Numbered from the stretch's first letter, positions 30,259 to 39,645 are shown. The stretch is DNA of 64,000 nt from an uncultured Chloroflexia bacterium (GCA_963766735.1 CAVYBU010000021.1:1-64000), one strand, 5' to 3'. Notes: generated by a model from the letters alone, not told the origin. Numbers and translations: made by a program.

Positions 30259-33200
30259 ATGCCGGGGAGAGTGGTCAGCCGCCGATTCATCGGGCGCGAG
30301 CACGAGCTCGCGCATCTCGATGCGGCCCTGGCAGCCGCGGCGTCGGGTGCCGCCACCACCGTGCTGATCGCCGGCGGTGCCGGGATGGGCGCCACCCGGC
30401 TCGTGGACGAGGCGCTTGCGCGGGCTGCCGCGGGCCCCGCCGCTCCCCTGGTCCTCCGCGGTCGCTCGTACGGACCGGCTGACCCGCCCTGGGCAGCCGT
30501 CCTGGAAGCGCTGGCCCCCGTCATCCCGCAGCGGCCGACAGAGGAGCTGCAGGCCCTGCTGCGGCGGGACGCACGGCTGATCGTTGGGGGTTTGCCGGGC
30601 ATGGCAGCGCTCGCCGCCGGGGTACCGGCCCCGCGCTCCAGCGCGCTCGAGGACCCGGAGCACCGACAGCCGCGTGCCCTGGAAGGGCTGCTCCGTTGGC
30701 TCGGCCGGGTTGCCGCCGAGCGCCCCCTGGTCCTGGTCCTCGAGGACCTCCACGCTGCCGATGCCGCGACCGGCGCGTTCGCGACGTTCGTCGCCCGGAT
30801 TGCCCGGGAGGAGCGGATCGCCCTCGTGCTGAGCTACCAGCCTGACCGCCTCACCCGGGAACACCCGCTCCGCGAGAACCTCGCCATCATCCAGGCCGGC
30901 CTCCGACCGCCGGTCCGAGTGGAGCTGGCTCCGCTCGCCCGGCGTGAGATCGCCGGTCTCATCGAGGGGATCGAGGGGGAACGCCCCTCCGCCTCCATCG
31001 TGGTCCTGATGGCGGAGCGTTCCGCAGGGTCGCCGCTCGTGGTGGAGGAGCTGGTCGCCGCCCGCCGCGAGCTCCGCAATACCTCGCTGACGGGGTCGCT
31101 TGCGGACCTGGTCGCCGCCCGCCTCACTCGTCGCTCCCCGGAGTGCCGCCGTGTCCTGCGGCTGCTGGCGCCCGCCGAGCGGCCGATGGATCACGAGCGT
31201 CTCGCCCGGGCATCCGCGGTCTATGAGGAGCTGCTCGCGGCGGAGAGCGGGGACGGGTCCGGCACGCTGCCGCCACGTTCCGCCACCCGGCCCAGAAGGA
31301 GCTCGGCGCACCTGGACGCAGATCTCGCCGCGGGGCTCGCGGAGGCGCTGGAGCATGGCTTTGCCACGGCCGAGGACGGCGAGTGGCTCCAGATCCGTCA
31401 CGAGCTGATTGCGCGTGCGGTGGTGGCGGACCTCCTGCCGACGCACATGTCCCGCTACCGCACGGCGCTCGCTCGGTCGTTCGCAGACGTTCCGGTCGTG
31501 GCCGCCGTGCACTGGCGTGCCGCGTTCCAGACCGTCGAGGCGCGCGAGGCCGCGATCGAGGCCGGTCGCCGGGCAAGCCTCATGACGGCACCACAGGACG
31601 CCCTCGCCGCGTTCGAGATGGCGCTCGAGCTGCCTGCCCCGGCGCCCAGTCCGACCCACCACCCAGCCCCAACCGCATCCGACACTGAGGAGAGTGGCGA
31701 GGGCGAGGCCTGGGCCGAGCCGGGTGTCTCAGCCGTGGCGGAACTCGCCCAGCTGGCAGCGGAGGCTGCCTTCGCGTCCCAGCGCCCGGGCCGGGCGGTT
31801 GCCTACGCGGAGAGTGCCCTGGCGGCTCTTGGGGATCGACGGAACCGCCTGGCGCACGCGGTGCTGGAGGGACGCCTGGGCCGGTACCGCCTGGCCGCGG
31901 GCGATGCCCCGGGGGCGACGGCAGCGCTCCGACGGGCCGCCGATACCGCTCCGCCGGGCGCCTCGATCGAACGCGTCCGGATCCTGGCGCTGCTCGCCCA
32001 GGAGCGGATGATCGCGGGTGCGTTCCGGGACGCGGAGCGCGCGGCCACAGATGCCCTGGAGATCGCGGCCGAGATCGGCGACGAAGCGGAGCCCGAGGCG
32101 ATCCACGCGACGACGACGCTGGCGGTGGTTCGCGGCTGGGGGGACGATCCCGAGGCCGCCGTCCCGCTCCTGCGCGACGCCGCGCGGCGGGCACGGGCGC
32201 TTGGCCTGGTGGAGGAGTGGTGGCGCGCCGGTGCCAACATGGCGGTCGTCCTGGAGTTGCTGGGCCGGCCGGCCGAGGCGATCGAGGAGGCGTTCCGGGG
32301 CATGGCTGAAGCACGCGCCGACGATCTGGGCGCGGTCTACGGGAACCTGATGGGCGGCAATATCGCCGGGATCCTCGTGGACGTGGGGCGCTGGGCCGAG
32401 GCGCGGGAGCTGAGCATGCGGGCGCTGGACTGGAGCCCCGCGGGGATCCCGTTCGTCAACGCGATCCTCAATCTCGTCATCGTGGAGATCGAATCGGAGG
32501 CGGGCGAGGAGGCGGGGCGCCTGCTGGGCAGGATCCTCGTGGAGCTGGAGACCGGTGGCGACCTGCAGTTCGCCGTGCCGGCCTACCAGGCCACCGCGTC
32601 CTACGCGATGTGGAGCGGCGACCTGGCAGATGCCCGACGTGCTGCGGAGCGCGGCTGGGCCAGGCTGCGCGGCTCGGAGGACTGGGTGCTGGTGGCACGG
32701 ATGGCTGCCACGGCCCTGGAGGTGGAGTCGGTGATCGTCGCAGAGGCCCTCGAGAGGCGCCGGATCGGGGACGTCGCCGCGTCGCGGGAGCGCGCGAACC
32801 GCATCCTTGCCGACGCCGAGGCCGCGGTTGCGCGGGGACGCGCGAAGGACGGCGGGGCAGCGGCACGCGAACCCGAGGCCAGCCTGGCAACGGCCGGTGC
32901 CTTCCACGCCCGGCTCAGGGGCCGGGACGATCCGACGCGCTGGGCGGAGCTCGCGGCGCAGGTGCACGACCTTGGCGATCCATATCGTGAGGCGCGCGCC
33001 CGCTGGCACCAGGCGGAAGCGATCCTGGGCGGGGCAATCCCCGGACCCGGCGGCGCGCGGGATCGGACGGACGCCCGCGTGGTGCGCGCCGACGCGCGCG
33101 AGCCGCTCCTGGCCGCGGTGAGCCTCGCGATGGCCCTGCGTGCTCGGCCGCTGCTCCGCCGCCTGCGGGAGCTCGCCGGCCGGGCGTTGATCACGCTCCC

Positions 33201-33558
33201 GCCCGAGGTGGACGTGCTCCTGAACGAGCCCGCCCCTGCATCGTCCGGGCCGGCCGTGACGCCGAGGCCGGTGTCCGGCGCCACAGCCCCGGGGCCCGCC
33301 GCGATCGTCGCGCGCCCGGCCGGCGCGGGAGGCGACACCTTCGGCCTGTCGAAGCGCGAGCAGGAGGTCCTCGCGCTCATCGCGCAGGGTCGCACCAACC
33401 GTGAGATCGGTGATCGGCTGTTCATCAGCCAGAAGACCGTCGGCGTCCACGTCGGCAACATCCTGGCCAAGCTGGGTGTGTCCGGGCGGGTGGAGGCGGC
33501 GGCAGTGTCAATCCGGCTGGGTCTCGAGGACGGCGCAGGAGCCCCTCGCGGCCGGTGA
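30259..33558 (+). CDS. Large LuxR-family regulator with an N-terminal AAA domain (LAL/MalT-like)
   Basis: FIGREHEL, GGAGMGAT (degenerate Walker A), VLEDLHAAD, TPR-like region and C-terminal HTH LSKREQEVL...GRTNREIG. Confidence 0.92.
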   Translation: MPGRVVSRRFIGREHELAHLDAALAAAASGAATTVLIAGGAGMGATRLVDEALARAAAGPAAPLVLRGRSYGPADPPWAAVLEALAPVIPQRPTEELQALLRRDARLIVGGLPGMAALAAGVPAPRSSALEDPEHRQPRALEGLLRWLGRVAAERPLVLVLEDLHAADAATGAFATFVARIAREERIALVLSYQPDRLTREHPLRENLAIIQAGLRPPVRVELAPLARREIAGLIEGIEGERPSASIVVLMAERSAGSPLVVEELVAARRELRNTSLTGSLADLVAARLTRRSPECRRVLRLLAPAERPMDHERLARASAVYEELLAAESGDGSGTLPPRSATRPRRSSAHLDADLAAGLAEALEHGFATAEDGEWLQIRHELIARAVVADLLPTHMSRYRTALARSFADVPVVAAVHWRAAFQTVEAREAAIEAGRRASLMTAPQDALAAFEMALELPAPAPSPTHHPAPTASDTEESGEGEAWAEPGVSAVAELAQLAAEAAFASQRPGRAVAYAESALAALGDRRNRLAHAVLEGRLGRYRLAAGDAPGATAALRRAADTAPPGASIERVRILALLAQERMIAGAFRDAERAATDALEIAAEIGDEAEPEAIHATTTLAVVRGWGDDPEAAVPLLRDAARRARALGLVEEWWRAGANMAVVLELLGRPAEAIEEAFRGMAEARADDLGAVYGNLMGGNIAGILVDVGRWAEARELSMRALDWSPAGIPFVNAILNLVIVEIESEAGEEAGRLLGRILVELETGGDLQFAVPAYQATASYAMWSGDLADARRAAERGWARLRGSEDWVLVARMAATALEVESVIVAEALERRRIGDVAASRERANRILADAEAAVARGRAKDGGAAAREPEASLATAGAFHARLRGRDDPTRWAELAAQVHDLGDPYREARARWHQAEAILGGAIPGPGGARDRTDARVVRADAREPLLAAVSLAMALRARPLLRRLRELAGRALITLPPEVDVLLNEPAPASSGPAVTPRPVSGATAPGPAAIVARPAGAGGDTFGLSKREQEVLALIAQGRTNREIGDRLFISQKTVGVHVGNILAKLGVSGRVEAAAVSIRLGLEDGAGAPRGR

Positions 33559-33597
33559 CGCGGCCCGTTTCGGCCCTGACGCGGCCCGTTTCGGCCC
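33556..33597. repeat. 21-bp tandem duplication starting at the LuxR stop codon
   Basis: TGACGCGGCCCGTTTCGGCCC twice. Confidence 0.9.
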
Positions 33598-33676
33598 AGG
33601 ATGGGCCATCGGCGGCGCATCCGCCCGGCATTCGGTAGATTCGCCGGGTTCCACGCTGCCCGCACCCGAGGTCTCC

Positions 33677-34165
33677 ATGCGTCGCCCGCTGCTCGCCATC
33701 GCCCTGCTCGCCATCGCCCTGACCGCCGGCGCCTGTGCCGCGTCCGAGGCGCCCGGCTGGACCTACGCGCCGCCCACCGAGGCCCCCGCCGTCACGCCCG
33801 CGCCCTCCGGCGACGGTTCGGTTGCCCCGAGCAGCGGCCCATCGGAGCCCACCGCGGTGCCCGGTGGCGAGACGGCGCCTGCGGGCGATGCAATCGCGAT
33901 CTCGGCGTTGGGCATCGCCTTCGAGCAGAGCGAGGTCAGCGCACCCGCGGACACGCCATTCGTCATCCGGTTCGACAACAAGGACGCAGGGATCCCGCAC
34001 AACGTCGAGATCAAGGACCCGATGGGCATGTCGGTCTTCAAGGGCGAGATCTTCAACGGGCCTGCCCAGATGGACTACCAGGTGCAGGCGCTGGCGGCGG
34101 GAACCTACCCGTTCATCTGCACCGTGCACCCCAACATGGTCGGCACCCTCAAGGTCGGCGGCTGA
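33677..34165 (+). CDS. Cupredoxin (blue copper) lipoprotein
   Basis: Lipobox-like LTAGAC; PHN...CTVHPNM type 1 copper ligands. Confidence 0.9.
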   Translation: MRRPLLAIALLAIALTAGACAASEAPGWTYAPPTEAPAVTPAPSGDGSVAPSSGPSEPTAVPGGETAPAGDAIAISALGIAFEQSEVSAPADTPFVIRFDNKDAGIPHNVEIKDPMGMSVFKGEIFNGPAQMDYQVQALAAGTYPFICTVHPNMVGTLKVGG

Positions 34166-34190
34166 CCCGCGTGATCCCGGTGGCCGCGCG

Positions 34191-34943
34191 ATGACGCCAC
34201 GCGTCGACGAGGTCTGCTACCGGGACGCGTACGCGCGCTCTCTCGGGGCGCGGGTGCTGGACGTGTCCGTGGTGGACGGGCCGCCCCTCGTCGTGCTCGA
34301 CACGACGCTGTTCTACCCGGGCGGCGGCGGTCAGCCGTCGGACCGCGGGGCGATCCTGCGGGCGGCGGACGGGCGGACGTGGACCGTGCGGGCGGCCCGC
34401 CGAGTGGGCGGTGAGATCGTCCACGAGCTGGAGGCCCCGGAGGACGGCGAGCTGCCACGCCCGGGCGATGCGGTGGAGGTGGACCTGGAGTGGGCGCGCC
34501 GGTACGCACTGATGCGCACCCACACGGCGCTCCACGCCCTGTGCGGCGTCGTGTGGCGGGACTACGGCGCCCTGGTCACCGGCGGCAACATGGAGCCCGG
34601 GACCGGGCGCATGGACTTCGAGTTCGAGACGATGTCGGGCGACCTGGTGGGCGAGATCGAGGCGAAGGTCAACGCGGAGCTGGCGTCCCAGCGTGACGTG
34701 CGGGTCAATGTCCTGCCGCGCGAGGAGGCGTTCGCCATCCCGGATCTCATTCGCACCAAGGTCAACCTGCTGCCCGAGGGGATCGAGCAGATCCGGACCA
34801 TCGAGATCGTGGGCCTGGACCTCCAGGCGGACGGCGGCACGCACGTCGCGAACACCCGTGAGGTCGGGCAGATCCGCGTCCAGGGCTACGAGTCGAAGGG
34901 CCGGATCAACAAGCGCATCCGCATCGCGGTGGTGGGCGAATAG
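34191..34943 (+). CDS. alaX: Alanyl-tRNA editing protein (AlaX family)
   Basis: FYPGGGGQPSD, MRTHTALH, DLQADGGTHV and SKGRINKR. Confidence 0.92.
   Translation: MTPRVDEVCYRDAYARSLGARVLDVSVVDGPPLVVLDTTLFYPGGGGQPSDRGAILRAADGRTWTVRAARRVGGEIVHELEAPEDGELPRPGDAVEVDLEWARRYALMRTHTALHALCGVVWRDYGALVTGGNMEPGTGRMDFEFETMSGDLVGEIEAKVNAELASQRDVRVNVLPREEAFAIPDLIRTKVNLLPEGIEQIRTIEIVGLDLQADGGTHVANTREVGQIRVQGYESKGRINKRIRIAVVGE
34779..34864 (+). repeat. 86-bp exact direct repeat, copy 1 (within alaX)
   Basis: Identical to 36641-36726. Confidence 0.95.
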
Positions 34944-34946
34944 TCG

Positions 34947-35036
34947 TCAACCTCGCGGTTGACCTACTCCTTTGCCACAGCGAGACGGTGGCCTTGTGTC
35001 CAGCGTGCCGATGACCAGGATGGTCGGTGGTGTCAT
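34947..35036 (-). pseudogene. N-terminal remnant of a UPF0261/Tm-1-like gene
   Basis: GGGAGG RBS, then MTPPTILVIGTLDT, matching the family's xxIGTLDTKG start; degenerates immediately. Confidence 0.6.
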
Positions 35037-35147
35037 CGATGCCTCCCGGGACGCGGTCTGCCCAGTGGGACCCCGGCGACGCTCGACAAGGCGGGCCAGA
35101 CACGGGATGCTGGAGGCCGCACCAGCGTCATCAGCCAGAGGAGGCCC

Positions 35148-36596
35148 ATGCGTCCCGCTCCCACCCAGACGACCCCGCCGCTCGGCACCGCCGCCGACCC
35201 CGCCGCGCTCCTCGCCCGGACCGCGGAGCTCGCGGCTTCGTTTCTTGACACGGTGGGCGAGCGGCCCGTCCGTGCCACGGCCACGCGCTCCGAGCTCCTC
35301 GCCGCACTCGGTGGGCCGCTCCCGGCCGAAGGAGACGCGCCCCTCGCCGTGGTCGAGCGCCTGGCCCGCGACGCCGAGCCTGGTGTCATCGGGATCGCCG
35401 GGCCGCGGTACTTCGGGTTCGTGATCGGCGGATCGCTGCCGGCCGCGCTCGCTGCGGACTGGCTGACCAGCACCTGGGACCAGAACGCCGGGATCTACGC
35501 GACCGGGCCGTCGGCATCGGTGGCGGAGGAGGTCGTGGGCTCCTGGCTGCTCGACCTGCTCGGCCTGCCGTCCGGGACCTCGTTCGGGCTCACGACCGGC
35601 TGCCAGATGGCGCACGTGACCTGTCTGGCTGCCGCTCGCCATCGAGTGCTGGCGAATCGCGGCTGGGACGTGGAGGCGGACGGGCTCGCTGGCTCGCCCG
35701 CGATCGATGTCGTTGTGGGAGCGGAGGTGCACGCCACCATCCCGACGGCGCTCCAGTACCTGGGGCTCGGCCGTGACCGCGCGACGCAGGTGGCGACCGA
35801 CGAGCAGGGACGGATGCGGCTCGACTCCCTCGGGGCGGCACTGCCCGACGGCGACCGCCCGCTCATCGTGTGCCTCCAGGCCGGCAACGTGAACACGGGC
35901 GCGTTCGACCCGCTCGGCCCGGCCATCGAGCTCGTGCGTGCCCGACGCCCGGACGCCTGGATCCATGTCGACGGCGCGTTCGGCCTGTGGGCGGCGGCGG
36001 CTCCGGGCCTCAGCCACCTCGTGGACGGCGTCGAGGGCGCCGACTCGTGGGCCACCGACGGCCACAAGTGGCTCAACGTCCCGTACGACTGCGGCTTCGC
36101 CTTCGTCCGTGATGCCGAGGCACACGCGGCCGCGCTGTCGCCGCAGAGTGGCGCGTACATCGTGTACGGCGACAAGGAGCGCGACGAGTTCCGCTGGGTT
36201 CCGGAGTACTCGCGGCGGGCCCGCGGCTTTGCCTCCTGGGCCGCGCTGCGCTCGCTCGGAAGGGATGGCGTCGCGGCGCTGATCGCCGGGCACCAGGCGC
36301 TGGCGGCCCGGATGGCAGACGGGCTCCGCGCGGCAGCGGGCGACGCCGGCCTCGAGGTTCTCAACGACGTGGTCCTCAACCAGGTGCTGGTGCGGTTCAC
36401 GGAGCGCGACGGCCTCAGCGCGGACGATCGCACCCGCGAGGTCATCGGGCGGGTCCAGGAGGACGGCACCTGCTGGCTGTCGGGGACCACCTGGCACGGA
36501 ATGGCCGCGATGCGGGTCTCGGTCAGCAACTGGTCCACGACCGAGGCCGACATCGATCGGTCGCTCGAGGCGATCCTGCGGGCGGCGATCGGCTAG
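35148..36596 (+). CDS. PLP-dependent group II amino acid decarboxylase
   Basis: PRYFGFVIGG, WDQNA, WIHVDGAFG and TDGHKWLNVPYDCG; GAGGAGG RBS. Confidence 0.93.
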   Translation: MRPAPTQTTPPLGTAADPAALLARTAELAASFLDTVGERPVRATATRSELLAALGGPLPAEGDAPLAVVERLARDAEPGVIGIAGPRYFGFVIGGSLPAALAADWLTSTWDQNAGIYATGPSASVAEEVVGSWLLDLLGLPSGTSFGLTTGCQMAHVTCLAAARHRVLANRGWDVEADGLAGSPAIDVVVGAEVHATIPTALQYLGLGRDRATQVATDEQGRMRLDSLGAALPDGDRPLIVCLQAGNVNTGAFDPLGPAIELVRARRPDAWIHVDGAFGLWAAAAPGLSHLVDGVEGADSWATDGHKWLNVPYDCGFAFVRDAEAHAAALSPQSGAYIVYGDKERDEFRWVPEYSRRARGFASWAALRSLGRDGVAALIAGHQALAARMADGLRAAAGDAGLEVLNDVVLNQVLVRFTERDGLSADDRTREVIGRVQEDGTCWLSGTTWHGMAAMRVSVSNWSTTEADIDRSLEAILRAAIG

Positions 36597-36628
36597 GCGG
36601 CGGGGCGCCGGTTCGAGCTCCGCGCGGC

Positions 36629-36808
36629 CTGCTGCCGCCTGGGATCGAGCAGATCCGGACCATCGAGATCGTGGGCCTGGACCTCCAGGCGGACGGCGGC
36701 ACGCACGTCGCGAACACCCGTGAGGTGGGCGGCATCCGCGTCACCGGCTACGAGTCCAAGGGCCGCATCAACAAGCGGATCCGGCTGGCGCTCACAGACC
36801 CGACCTGA
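36629..36808 (+). pseudogene. Displaced second copy of the alaX 3' end (59 codons plus stop)
   Basis: LLPPGIEQIRTIEIVGLDLQADGGTHVANTREVGGIRVTGYESKGRINKRIRLALTDPT*; no start codon or 5' part. Confidence 0.92.
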
Positions 36809-36839
36809 CGACGGCGCCCGGGCCCGGCATCATGGCCCC

Positions 36840-38603
36840 ATGCCGACCTTGGACGCCGCCCTCAACTCCCTCGACGCCCGGTTCACCAGCCTCCGGGACG
36901 AGGCACGCGTCCCCGGCGTCGCCTGGGGCGTGGTTCGGGACGGCGAGCTGATCCACTCGAGCGGCGCGGGCTCGATCCGCCACGGCGAGGAGCGGCGCCC
37001 GGACGCGGGGTCCGTGTTCCGCATCGCGTCGATGACCAAGTCCTTCACGGCATCCACGGTGCTGCTTCTGCGGGACGAAGGGCGCCTGCGCCTGGACGAG
37101 CCCGTTTCGACGTACGTCCCGGAGCTGGCCGGCTGGCGACTCCCCACGGCCGACAGCGCCCCGGTGACGGTCCGCCAGCTGCTGACGATGTCGGCCGGGC
37201 TCGCGACGGACGATCCGTGGGGCGATCGCCAGCAGGGGCTGCCCCTGGACCGTTTCGCGGAGCTGCTCGCGTCGGGACCGTCCTTCGCGTGGCCGCCGGG
37301 GACCGTCTTCGACTACTCCAACCTGGGCTACGGCATCCTCGGCCGGGTCATCACGAACGTCGCCGGGGCCGAGTACCGGGAGGTCGTCCGGGACCGGATC
37401 CTGGCGCCGCTGGGGATGAACGCGACCGGGTACCTGGCGGAGGACGTCCCCGAGGAGCGCCTGGTGCACGGCTACGTCCGGCGCGGGGAGATCCTGGTGC
37501 GCGAGGGCACGGATGGCTACGGCGCACTGGCCGCCATGGGTGGCGTGTACTCGTGCGTGGAGGATCTCGCTCGGTGGGTGGCCGGGTTCATGGACGCATT
37601 CCCCGCGCGCGATGACCCGGAGGACGGCCACCCGCTCCGCCGCGCCACGCGTCGCGAGATGCAACAGGTCCAGCGCGCGTTCGGCCATGAGGTCCCTGCC
37701 CACGCCCCCGACGCCGAGCCGGCAATCGAATCAGGTGGGTATGGGTTCGGGCTGTTCGTCCTCCAGGACCTGGATCTGGGGACCACCGTGAGCCACGCCG
37801 GCGGGTACCCGGGCTTCGGCTCTCACATGGCCTGGCACCCGGGAACCGGGCTCGGGGTCATCGGCCTGGGGAACGTCAGGTATGCGCCGGTCCGGCCGGT
37901 CGTGGCCGAGATGCTCGCGATGCTCGTCCGTGCGGACGTGGCGCCGCGGCGGCGCGTGGTCCCGGCGCCGGCGGTGGAGGCGTTCCGGCCACTGGTCGAA
38001 GGGCTGCTTCGGGACTGGAATGACGGCGTGGCGGACGCGACGTTCGCCATGAACATGGACCTCGACGAGCCGCGGGACGTGCGGCGGTCAGCGGCGGAGA
38101 AGATCGCCGATGAGCTGGGTCCGTTCCACCAGGACTCAGCCCGACCGGACCACTCAGACTCCCCCGCGGACCTCACGTGGTGGCTGCGCGGCGAGCGTGG
38201 CTGGCTCCGCCTCTCGATCCTCGTGACGCCCGAGCGGGAGCCACGCCTCCAGCAGCTGGCGCTCCGAGCGGTGGGGGACCCGTCGCCGGTTCTCCGGGAC
38301 GCGGCGGAGCGGCTCCTGGCATGTGCCGCAGAGCCGACCCCGGCCTGGCCCGTGGACCTGCCGGTGGGCGGGAAGGTGGACGCAGGTGCGGTGCTGCGTT
38401 CCCTGCGTGCCGGCGGTGCGCGATTCGGGGCGATGCGACTGGGCCTCCCGATCGAGGGGGATGGACGGGTATCGTCCACATATGAGATCGGGAGCGAGCG
38501 GGGACCCCTCGAGCTCAAGGTGGCGGTCGACCCCGTGACTGGCGCGCTCATCTCGGCGACGCTGCTGGTCCGGACCCGGCAGGTGCCGGCCGAGGGCTGG
38601 TAG
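36840..38603 (+). CDS. Serine hydrolase, beta-lactamase class C-like, with C-terminal extension
   Basis: FRIASMTK (SxxK), YSN and HAGGYPGF. Confidence 0.9.
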   Translation: MPTLDAALNSLDARFTSLRDEARVPGVAWGVVRDGELIHSSGAGSIRHGEERRPDAGSVFRIASMTKSFTASTVLLLRDEGRLRLDEPVSTYVPELAGWRLPTADSAPVTVRQLLTMSAGLATDDPWGDRQQGLPLDRFAELLASGPSFAWPPGTVFDYSNLGYGILGRVITNVAGAEYREVVRDRILAPLGMNATGYLAEDVPEERLVHGYVRRGEILVREGTDGYGALAAMGGVYSCVEDLARWVAGFMDAFPARDDPEDGHPLRRATRREMQQVQRAFGHEVPAHAPDAEPAIESGGYGFGLFVLQDLDLGTTVSHAGGYPGFGSHMAWHPGTGLGVIGLGNVRYAPVRPVVAEMLAMLVRADVAPRRRVVPAPAVEAFRPLVEGLLRDWNDGVADATFAMNMDLDEPRDVRRSAAEKIADELGPFHQDSARPDHSDSPADLTWWLRGERGWLRLSILVTPEREPRLQQLALRAVGDPSPVLRDAAERLLACAAEPTPAWPVDLPVGGKVDAGAVLRSLRAGGARFGAMRLGLPIEGDGRVSSTYEIGSERGPLELKVAVDPVTGALISATLLVRTRQVPAEGW

Positions 38604-38613
38604 TCCCGCGGGC

Positions 38614-39261
38614 TCAGCGCCAGAGGTCGGGTGCGGCCACGGTCGCGCCGATGCCCGTGGCCAGGCGTTCCAGCACCCCGAACCAGTCGAAGCGGCTGGT
38701 AATTGCCGAGGCCCGGAGGGTGACGAGGCGACCCTCCGGGACCAGATCCGGCAGGACCCGGTCGAGGATTGCCTCGATCTCGTCGCGGAACGCGTCGCTG
38801 GTGGAGCGCACGCCGTCTGCCTGGAGCGCGACATCCGGCAGCAGGCGCACGACCAGGTCGTAGGTCAGCGACCAGCGGCGGATCAGGGGCTCCGCGTCGA
38901 AGGCGTCCGTCCCGCCGCAGGCCCGCAGGTAGTAGGCGTAGTTGTCCATGACGCCGCGGTCCGTCGCGAGGACGTCCGCCTTGGGGGCCAGCTCCAGCTC
39001 CTGGCGGATCTGCGAGACCAGGACCCACAGCTGCGCCTCTCCGGTGGCGCCCTCGTTGATGCCCAGCGGGTTGTCGCGCACGACCTCGCGGCCCAGCTCC
39101 ACGGACCGGCCGGCCCGCTGGACCTCGGCCGCGAACGCCAGCAGCGCCGATGTCTTGCGGATCCCGTGCGACCCGATGAAGGCGACCTTGGCCGGGCGCG
39201 GCCAGGCGGCGGCTTTCGCGGCTTCGGCGGTCGCGGCGGTTCGGCGGGGCTTGCGGGGCAT
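38614..39261 (-). CDS. AAA_28 / NadR-type nucleotide kinase-like P-loop protein
   Basis: KVAFIGSHGIRKT, TDRGVMDNYAY, YDLVV and ADGVRS. Confidence 0.8.
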   Translation of the reverse strand: MPRKPRRTAATAEAAKAAAWPRPAKVAFIGSHGIRKTSALLAFAAEVQRAGRSVELGREVVRDNPLGINEGATGEAQLWVLVSQIRQELELAPKADVLATDRGVMDNYAYYLRACGGTDAFDAEPLIRRWSLTYDLVVRLLPDVALQADGVRSTSDAFRDEIEAILDRVLPDLVPEGRLVTLRASAITSRFDWFGVLERLATGIGATVAAPDLWR

Positions 39262-39299
39262 GGCCCAAGGGTAGGTCCCGCGGCCCGCTCGCGCGTCGC

Positions 39300-39645
39300 G
39301 TCCAGGTGAAGGCTCCCCGACCCCCGGGGGTTCTGCCACGTTCCAGCGCCGCTGGTGCAGGCGGACAACGGAGGCCGGATTCCCTGCCACCTACCAGGTC
39401 TGGTTGGTGTTGGTCCGTGTTGAGGCGGCGATCCGACCGGGACCGGGCTGCTGCCGCCGTCCCCGTGCTCACGTCGGGATCGCGGGGAGTGTGCGCCCCC
39501 CGGAGCTGTCCGAACCTTGCCGACCACCAGCTCCGCTGGTATCTGACAGGAGCGGCAGCAGCCGGGCCCCCGAAAACGGGTGCCGGGTCGGGCACGCGCC
39601 CCGGGCGTCGCCCCTGGACCTGTCCGAAGTCGAACGCACCTGGCG
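39300..39645. ncRNA. Candidate large structured non-coding RNA, family and strand unassigned
   Basis: Terminal CCAGGTG/CACCTGG helix enclosing several nested helices, including a perfect 12-bp GGCTGCTGCCGC/GCGGCAGCAGCC; no credible ORF. Confidence 0.55.

Noticed and set aside
29227-31662. Extensive overlap of an 811-aa methyltransferase ORF with a 1422-aa LuxR ORF
   Set aside because: The likely true starts are 30171 (-) and 30259 (+), each with its own -10 box, so the genes do not overlap
26344-33558. tRNA-anchored genomic island (tRNA followed by NERD-like and methyltransferase genes)
   Set aside because: No integrase, no duplicated tRNA 3' end seen and no evident compositional shift
34810-34850. 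AlaX zinc-ligand Cys replaced by Asp (ADGGTH)
   Set aside because: To my knowledge this is a common variant in bacterial AlaX proteins, and it is present in both copies
34767-36808. Diversity-generating retroelement TR/VR pair
   Set aside because: Differences are not adenine-specific, many are synonymous, and no reverse transcriptase is present
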